Assembly (NCBI GenBank): GCA_963728405.1
Contig: CAVSJV010000007.1
Location: 192,001-256,000, forward strand
Direction of reading: 5' to 3'
DNA from: Methanomassiliicoccaceae archaeon
Lineage (GTDB): Archaea; Thermoplasmatota; Thermoplasmata; Methanomassiliicoccales; Methanomassiliicoccaceae
DNA length: 64,000 bases
The notes beneath the pieces are model-generated. The model made no database searches. It saw only the letters and a program-made list of their open reading frames with translations, and was not told where the DNA came from. Within the stretch, counting starts at the first letter, position 1. Every line of letters begins with the position of its first letter. The position numbers were made by a program, and so were the translations under genes. Below, piece after piece: positions 57,959-64,000 of this stretch.

Positions 57959-60121
57959 TCGGCCATTATCATCCCGCGCCCTCAACTCTTCAAAGCTCCA
58001 GCCGAACGGGGACAGCAGTTCGGACGCCCCCCGCAGCGCGAACTCCACGTACCGCTCCGCGTCATAGTGCTCGTCCCCGTCCAGGAAGGGCGCGGCCCTA
58101 ACCCGTTGCCAGGAGCTCTTGCTCTTGGAGTCGGTGATGAGGTACTCGACGGCCTGCCCGGGCTGCAGCTCGAACCCCTGGTCATGCAGCTGGCGGAGGG
58201 CGGCCACCGAATCGTTGAACTGCACGTACTCCTCCAGCCGCCGGGATATGCTCTTCCGCATGATCAGGCGGTCCCTGGACACCGTGCCGGAGCGCAGCTC
58301 CTCGGCGTAGCGGTCCAGGGCTCGGAGCGAGGAGGGCACCAGCTCCCGGAACTCGTCGGCGTCCTTGGCCCTAGAGAGGTGCTTGAGCATGTCCTGCTGC
58401 AGGTCCTCGATCAGGGTGGGGGTGTCCTTCCGGCGGACGGCAATGCCTCGTAACTTCAGCTCTCCGCTCTCGAACATGCCGTAGTATCTGTTGAGCGCCC
58501 CGATGCCAGTGGAAATGTTCGGAAGGAAGACGATCCAAGCGTATCTCCCTTCCAGGTTCAGAGGGATGCCCACCTCTCGGCTCATCTCCTCGCAGTACGA
58601 AGCGGCGTCCCCGTCCCCTTTCAACCACAACGAATCGACGATGCCGTGGAGGACCTCGAAGCCTCTTCTCTCCGCCAGGTCCGCGGAGCGAATGAGAATG
58701 TCCCTGCCGAAGGCGGTGATCGATTCATGGCATTCGATGCGCCCGAACCTAGCGTTGCGATAACCAGTGTAGCCAAAGCAGGTCACCAATACCCATTTGA
58801 GCGCCTTCGCTCGCTGATCATACATCTCCCCCTTCCGACCGCCCTGCTTCTTCAGCTGCTTGTACACCCGGCGGCGGTTGAGGAGGGGGACCAGCACCTT
58901 TGGTATGAGCCCCTGCCGCTTCTCACAGATGTGATATCCGAGTTCGGGAACGGTCCTGCCCGAGTGGGGACAGCATGAGCACAGCAGCGTCTCCGGGGAG
59001 ATGTTGTACTGGACCATGATGCTAGGGTAGAGGGAGAAGAAATCGACCTCCCAGACGTGGTCGTGGACGCCGACCTTGGGCTCGTAGATGAACCCCCCAC
59101 GGTCCGACACGATCAGCGCCCTGGCGGTCTTGAAGTCCTCGGGCAGGTTCTTCTTCCATAGGATGACATGGCCGGAGCGCACGGCCTCGTTCACTTGCAT
59201 GGCGCTGATGGCGCTGCCTGGCGACAGCCGGGAGAGGTCCTGCAGAGGGATCATCGACAGCCGGGATAGCTCGATGAGGCCGTGCAGCCCGCTCTCCATG
59301 AAGGTGAACGATGCCTCGCGGTCGATATGAACGCGCCCCCGTAGCTTATGGCCAGGCGGCTTGTACACGATGCGGCCGTAGGTGAAGAAGCTCTTGCCCT
59401 TAGAGGTAAGCTCGCCCTTCTCCCGGCCGAGCTCGAGCTGGAGCCCGTTGGCTTCCGCGCGCTTGTGCAGGTACGGCAGGTAGAACGAATCGCCCTTGCT
59501 GGTGTAGATGATGTCCGGGTCCCTTTCCGCGATGAGGGCCTGCAGCTCTTTGAGCACCTCATCCTCGGGACCATCCAGCACGACGTCGTCCGCGGTGATC
59601 GAGACGATGGTGTCCTCGAAGGTCGGTATCCCCACCCCGGCAGTCCTGATCTTGAGGTCCAGGGAGCTCAGGTCGGGGATAGGATAATCGATGCGCAGGT
59701 TGGAGTCCAGGGAGCGCAGGGACGGCGCCTCCACCAGCCCCATGGAGAAGATGCCCTTCTCCAGGAAGTAGCGCTGGTCCATGCGCAGGTCGACGTTATA
59801 GAGCAGGTGATGGTGGTAGTCGCCCCACGAGTCGATGGTGACCGCCAACGGCTGGATGGCGGCGTAATCGCGGACCGCGATCGAGAGCACGTCCCTCTCC
59901 CGCTCCCCCAGTCCGGTCCGCCGGCGCACTATCGCCGTGTCCCTGACCCCCAAGAGCGTGAGGTCCCTGACCAGCTTCTCCAGCCGCTCGCGGGAAGCGC
60001 GCACGTAGATGTGCGGCACGAAGCCCTCGATCACTCGCTCCACGCCCTGGTTGGTCTTGATCCAGGTGACCATGCGGTTCTCGGCCATGTCGGCGTAGCA
60101 GTCCAGCACCCAGCCCTTCAT
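57929..60121 (-). CDS. polB2: Archaeal DNA polymerase B2 (Dpo2 type)
   Basis: DRGG....P..G, motif A DFFSLYPSIM, CxCC...C zinc insert, motif B K..L...FGY.GY, motif C HGIVDS (variant of YGDTDS), NRYYG, RGI..RR.DTP; eroded exonuclease domain. Confidence 0.92.
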   Translation of the reverse strand: MKGWVLDCYADMAENRMVTWIKTNQGVERVIEGFVPHIYVRASRERLEKLVRDLTLLGVRDTAIVRRRTGLGERERDVLSIAVRDYAAIQPLAVTIDSWGDYHHHLLYNVDLRMDQRYFLEKGIFSMGLVEAPSLRSLDSNLRIDYPIPDLSSLDLKIRTAGVGIPTFEDTIVSITADDVVLDGPEDEVLKELQALIAERDPDIIYTSKGDSFYLPYLHKRAEANGLQLELGREKGELTSKGKSFFTYGRIVYKPPGHKLRGRVHIDREASFTFMESGLHGLIELSRLSMIPLQDLSRLSPGSAISAMQVNEAVRSGHVILWKKNLPEDFKTARALIVSDRGGFIYEPKVGVHDHVWEVDFFSLYPSIMVQYNISPETLLCSCCPHSGRTVPELGYHICEKRQGLIPKVLVPLLNRRRVYKQLKKQGGRKGEMYDQRAKALKWVLVTCFGYTGYRNARFGRIECHESITAFGRDILIRSADLAERRGFEVLHGIVDSLWLKGDGDAASYCEEMSREVGIPLNLEGRYAWIVFLPNISTGIGALNRYYGMFESGELKLRGIAVRRKDTPTLIEDLQQDMLKHLSRAKDADEFRELVPSSLRALDRYAEELRSGTVSRDRLIMRKSISRRLEEYVQFNDSVAALRQLHDQGFELQPGQAVEYLITDSKSKSSWQRVRAAPFLDGDEHYDAERYVEFALRGASELLSPFGWSFEELRARDDNGRSKHRQEPCL

Positions 60122-60357
60122 CTTGGACCCTTCAGCCGTCGGATCTCCTTTTCCTGCTCCAGGAGAATGGAGAGCAGCGCTCCCTCCACTGGGTCGGAGA
60201 ACGCCGCGTAGGTGGAGGCGGAGGAGTGCATCCGCGCGCGGTTGACCATCTGGTCGAACACGTCCCGGTCCTCCTTCGGCAGGGCCCTCCGAAAATCGTT
60301 CCAGCTCAGGATGATCGATTCCAGGGTCATCCGGTAGGTCGACACGGTGCGCCCCAT
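60118..60357 (-). CDS. Small helical PolB2-associated protein
   Basis: MGRTV..YR...W..FRRAL..EDR..FD...AR.H..A......P.E..LLSILLEQEK; ATGA-coupled to polB2. Confidence 0.88.
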   Translation of the reverse strand: MGRTVSTYRMTLESIILSWNDFRRALPKEDRDVFDQMVNRARMHSSASTYAAFSDPVEGALLSILLEQEKEIRRLKGPR

Positions 60358-60358
60358 G

Positions 60359-61096
60359 TCATCGCCCCAGGAACTCGTCCAGCGTGGTCTGGTTGTGCGG
60401 CACCGGATGGTACAGCATCGATTCCTGCTGGTTGGGGAGCGAGATCCTCAGGCACCGGGAGGCGTTCTCGATGCGCACGATGTCGTCCGCGGTCCCATAG
60501 AGGAGGTTCTTCAGGCTCTTCTTCTGCAGGAGCTTCATCAGCCCGCGGTTGGTGATCAGCGTCGCCACGCCTCTTTCCCTTGACAGATCATGAAGGCGGC
60601 CGACGCACCGTTTGATGAGCTGGTATGATTCAGACCAGTGCATCTCCTTGTCCTGGAACAGGTCGGGCAGGCAGGACACGATGACCATGCCCGCGTCGGT
60701 GAGACGCACCTCGTCCTCCAGCCGCTCGTCTATCAGGGAAACGAGCTGGTAGGCGGTGAACGCCCTGGCCACGTTGACGCTGTCCAGGACCTCCGCCCGA
60801 TCGAGGCCGAACCGCTTGCAGATGCGGCCCAGCTCATAGGGGTCCACCGAGTTCCCCCCGTCGACCCAAACGACGTCCCGGCCAAGCGAGCTGACGGCGT
60901 TGACGCACAGGATATGGGTGAGATCGAACAGCATGCGGTCCGAGGAGTCGATGAGCGTCACGTTGCCGGGCCGGACGCCGCGGAAGAACCCGTCCAGGGC
61001 CGGTATGGACGTGCGGACGGCCCGCTCGCCGGCCGGTGACGGCCCGATATCTGGTCTCGTGGCCAGCGTGTACGCTTCCCTGGTCGCTAGGCTCAT
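60359..61096 (-). CDS. Inactivated RadA/RecA-like protein (iRadA)
   Basis: TSIPALD....G, VWVDGGN..DPY, VARAFTAYQL, C-terminal QTTLDEF; Walker A absent. Start set at MSLATRE (61096). Confidence 0.85.
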   Translation of the reverse strand: MSLATREAYTLATRPDIGPSPAGERAVRTSIPALDGFFRGVRPGNVTLIDSSDRMLFDLTHILCVNAVSSLGRDVVWVDGGNSVDPYELGRICKRFGLDRAEVLDSVNVARAFTAYQLVSLIDERLEDEVRLTDAGMVIVSCLPDLFQDKEMHWSESYQLIKRCVGRLHDLSRERGVATLITNRGLMKLLQKKSLKNLLYGTADDIVRIENASRCLRISLPNQQESMLYHPVPHNQTTLDEFLGR

Positions 61097-61115
61097 GCTC
61101 TCCTTCTTCCCCTTG

Positions 61116-61214
61116 TAAATATAAATATAAGACGATGAGAGGGGGGAGGTGCCCGAAAGTAGCCCTTCGTTTCCAGTGGGATGGCCTCCAAAAAATGCAC
61201 CGAAAGCGCTTTCG
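61116..61214 (-). promoter_or_regulatory. Candidate promoter/operator region of the iRadA-polB2 operon
   Basis: TTATATTTATATTTA (61116-61130), ACTTTC on the minus strand (61155-61160), perfect palindrome CGAAAGCGCTTTCG (61201-61214). Confidence 0.45.
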
Positions 61215-61350
61215 ACAGCAATGTGCGATAAGGCCACTGTTGAAAAAGGGAGATATGGAGCCATCTGGGCAGATCTGACACCTCCTTGCGGAAAGGAAAA
61301 GGGTTGAGCCCGCATTGAGCTCTGACCGATCTTCGAAGATATCGAACGAA

Positions 61351-61719
61351 CTACATCCGGGGGTTCGGCACCGGTTGCATCAGGCCGTGCATGTTGCCCT
61401 CGGTGTCCAGGAAATAGGCCATGGTGCCTATGTTGGGAATGTCCATCTTGGGGACCGCGATCTTCCCGCCATTCTGCTCGACCTTCTTGATGGCCTCGTC
61501 GAGGTTGGTGACCCCGATGGTATTGACCACCGGAGCGCTATTGGGCTTCCTGGGCTGTATGGCCCCATTGATCCCCAGGCCCTCCTTACTCCCGGTCTCG
61601 GCCAACCAGTAGTCCTGGTCTGTCCACTTCTGGAACTTCCAGCCGAAGACCTTCTCATAGAATTCCATCGCCCTCTTGGGGTCGTCCGCGCTCAGCTCAA
61701 AGAACGTCACTTTTGGCAC
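61351..61719 (-). CDS. VOC/glyoxalase family protein
   Basis: FFELSADDP.RA..FY..VFGW, GINGAI, GG.I..PK..IP.IG..AYF.DTEGN; GGTGAT ribosome-binding site. Confidence 0.93.
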   Translation of the reverse strand: MPKVTFFELSADDPKRAMEFYEKVFGWKFQKWTDQDYWLAETGSKEGLGINGAIQPRKPNSAPVVNTIGVTNLDEAIKKVEQNGGKIAVPKMDIPNIGTMAYFLDTEGNMHGLMQPVPNPRM

Positions 61720-61875
61720 TCGATATCACCCTGAATGCATTTTCACCGCACCCATTTAATGTTATCAATTTCTGGATTGTGAGATATGGTTGTAAGATCG
61801 GGCCGGCCGTCCAAACCTGATAGGGGACTCTCCATTCTATGTTCCATACGCTGACCCGATGCCCGTGGGTGGATC

Positions 61876-62031
61876 ATGTGGCAGGAAAATCAGTTCATAT
61901 TGAGGTGCCGGAAGTGTGGGAAAACAATCGCCGCAGCTTCGGAGGAAGGGGGCAAGGAAAGGACGATGGCTCACGATAATGAGATCCATGAATGCTCCTA
62001 CCCGGTGGAATGTGAAAAAAGAAGTCTATGA
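61876..62031 (+). CDS. Small zinc-finger protein (51 aa), absent from the ORF track
   Basis: MWQENQFILRCRKCGKTIAAASEEGGKERTMAHDNEIHECSYPVECEKRSL*: CxxC...HxxxxH, preceded by GGGTGGA. Confidence 0.55.
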   Translation: MWQENQFILRCRKCGKTIAAASEEGGKERTMAHDNEIHECSYPVECEKRSL

Positions 62032-62156
62032 TCGATCGGACAGGATGGTGCTATTCTCTCCCGCTAATGATCTAGCAGGTCGAAAGATCAGATTCAGAGT
62101 GTTGGTGGCGGGTTAAACAGATACCTTTAACTACTCTCTCCAGCATCGAAACGGGG

Positions 62157-63135
62157 ATGCCAGGGAGAGCGCTGACAGTAAGGCTTGGTAATGGGGTGGA
62201 AGTGCTCGGAGAGGAGGAGTTCTACTTCGATGCCGATGTCATCGAATCGTCCGGTAAGTTCTGCATATCTCACAGTTCATTCCGATCACCTGCCTAAGCG
62301 GGTGGTCGGCGACAAGGTCGTCTGCTCTGATATCACTCTCAGGTGCATCGGGGGACGGACGAAGCACAAATTGAGCATGGGACATCATGACGAAATAACC
62401 ATGCACAACGCCGGCCACATGGCTGGTTCCCGCATGTTCCAGGTCGAGGTGGAAGGCCGAAAGGTCCTCTACACTGGGGACCTATGCCCTCGCGACCGCT
62501 TCGGGCAGCCGGGGGCGAGGCCGGTCAAGACCGACATCCTGGTCATCGAGTCGACCTACGGCCGCCCGGGCTACGTCTTCCCGCCGACCGAGGAAATGGG
62601 AAGCATTATGCACGACTGGGTCGAGGACACCATGTCCCAGGGCCGGTCGGTGGCGATGTTCGCCTATCCGTTCGGCAAGTCCCAGGACCTCCTCCGGATG
62701 CTGGGCGATCTCGATCCCCTGGTGGACCAGTCGGTGTTCAACGCCTCTTCGCTCATACGGTGTGAAGAGGACCCCCTGAACTTCCAGCTGTACACTGAGG
62801 AGCGGGCCAAGGATCCTTTTGTCATCGTGTGTACCTCCTGGTTCCGTAAGTCATCGCAGGCCGATTGCTGGCGACGGGATGGTATGAGGACCGCTGCGAT
62901 CTCCGGTTGGGCCTTGGATTCGGGCTACAAATACCAGATGCGGGTGGACGAGGCCTTTCCCTTCTCCGACCATGCCGATTTCGAGGAGCTGCTGGCGTTC
63001 ACCGAGGCTTGCGAGCCGTCCCTGGTGCTCACCCACCACGGCTCTGATGAATCGCTAGCCCACGAGATCAAGGGCAGGTTGGGCATCGAGGCCCGACCGT
63101 TGAAGAAAGGTCAGCGGTCCTTGGCAGAGTTCTGA
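62157..63135 (+). CDS. Metallo-beta-lactamase/beta-CASP-like nuclease; one +1 indel near 62274-62277
   Basis: Removing one base joins MPGRAL...FCISH to HSDH and restores the HxHxDH motif; AGHMAGS, LYTGD, IESTYG.P, FSDHADF, HG. Confidence 0.88.
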
Positions 63136-63158
63136 GTTGAACGATGTGGTCGGGCGGG

Positions 63159-63668
63159 CTAAACGACCTTGCTGAAATCCTCGGCCACCAGCCGGAATAG
63201 GAACCAGTCCAGATGCTTCCCGCCCATGCTCTCGTAGAAGCGGTGTGCAGGGTGGTTCCAGTCCAGGGCGGTCCACTCCATGCGTCCGCAGCTCTTGCTC
63301 TTCGCCTCCTGAACGCAGTAACGGAACAGCTCCTTTCCGACGCCTTTCTTGCGGTGCTCTTCGAGCACGAAGATGTCCTCCAGGAACAGGGTCGGCTTGG
63401 CCAGAAAGGTCGAGTAGGTGTAGTAAAACGCTAGGTAGCCGACGGGTACGCCGCCAAGGAGGGCGATGCGGGCCTGGAACATCGGCGGGTCGGAGGTGGC
63501 GTCCCTGATCAAACGGGCTTTGCTCTCTTCAGTGGGTGGGCTGAGCTTCTCGTAGTCGGCCAGTGCCTTAATCAACCCGACATACCGGTCGGCATTAGAG
63601 CGGTCTACCGGTACGATCTTCAAGCCCTCGGTCCCCGTGGCCATGTTGTCCTGTATCGGAACGGACAT
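63159..63668 (-). CDS. GNAT acetyltransferase (SSAT-like)
   Basis: LADYEK, YSTF, LFLEDIFV..HRKKGVG, R.EW.ALDWN..A..FY..MG. Confidence 0.93.
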   Translation of the reverse strand: MSVPIQDNMATGTEGLKIVPVDRSNADRYVGLIKALADYEKLSPPTEESKARLIRDATSDPPMFQARIALLGGVPVGYLAFYYTYSTFLAKPTLFLEDIFVLEEHRKKGVGKELFRYCVQEAKSKSCGRMEWTALDWNHPAHRFYESMGGKHLDWFLFRLVAEDFSKVV

Positions 63669-63683
63669 AAAATGGATTTTGTC

Positions 63684-63903
63684 TCACAACGCATGCCCGT
63701 TCTTGAGCTCGACCACATCGTCGAAGAAGAGGGCCATCGATCTCGGCCCTCAAGACCTGGCCACATCATGAGCGAGGCGGAGTGAGGGATCATACTTGCC
63801 CGTCTCCAAGAAGACGATCGTTCCCCGTCGCACCCCTGCCCTGTTTGCCAAGTCCACCGAGGTAATATCCGGGCGGGCGCGGTGCTCCTTGGTTGGCCCT
63901 CAT
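63684..63903 (-). pseudogene. Degraded XRE-family HTH regulator (COG1476 type)
   Basis: Internal frame [45 protein letters not shown]; frameshifts at both ends and a premature TGA. Confidence 0.75.
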
Positions 63904-64000
63904 TCCACACATCCCGTCCTCCCAGGTGCCAGTTGAACAGCATTATTGGGAGGGCCATGGAGTCAGAACGGCCCCACCACCTGGGACATGCCGACCATAT

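Noticed and set aside
1189-60211. Long antisense or alternate-frame ORFs (e.g. 3047-4024, 33618-34658, 45684-46709, 41832-42683, 59348-60211)
   Set aside because: Shadow ORFs of GC-rich genes; they overlap well-supported CDSs and carry no family motifs.
20290-61315. Long N-terminal extensions in the ORF track for glnA, gatB, gatC, the second kinase, glpB, the GvpD-like gene, glmU and iRadA
   Set aside because: They overlap neighbouring genes or promoters; downstream starts fit the family N-termini and ribosome-binding sites better.
13240-62280. Programmed frameshifting or pseudogenisation in porA (~13247), aspS (~26872), the phosphoglycolate phosphatase (~32262), mptA (~35306, ~35185), the ABC permease (~54941) and the MBL nuclease (~62275)
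   Set aside because: All seven are single-base indels, mostly in short homopolymers and mostly +1, without canonical slippery heptamers, in otherwise undegraded and partly essential genes. Long-read assembly error is the simplest explanation; reads are needed to confirm.

Overview
Dense, GC-rich archaeal chromosomal window of about 62 genes. Archaeal markers include NAC, MptA, PolB2, an archaeal initiator tRNA and BRE/TATA promoters. Gene content suggests Thermoplasmatota, probably Methanomassiliicoccales; this is an inference, since no methanogenesis genes lie in the window. Most of it is housekeeping and metabolism: RNase HI/HII, PanD, a cobalamin/iron ABC importer, PEP synthase, porCDAB, GlnA, AlaX, a bacterial-type AspRS with gatCAB, two PAS histidine kinases, glpABC, a KaiC/GvpD-like pair, glmU-glmS, purine salvage, tRNA-Asp and tRNA-iMet. 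I found no CRISPR array, integrase or transposase. The most notable items are: (1) a solo Cas4 nuclease with four transmembrane helices inserted inside its Fe-S scaffold, directly downstream of a CDIN1/C15orf41-like PD-(D/E)xK nuclease; (2) an iRadA-small protein-PolB2 damage-tolerance operon with candidate operator motifs, abutting a TctA-like permease that carries a basic beta-rich insert; (3) glpABC with an HdrD-like double-CCG subunit; (4) a circularly permuted BtuF-type binding protein; (5) a PstS-like domain nested inside an FN3 domain; (6) candidate ACG starts, unannotated small proteins and a structured ppsA leader. Seven single-base indels break otherwise intact genes and are most likely assembly errors, so all single-nucleotide observations need read-level confirmation.
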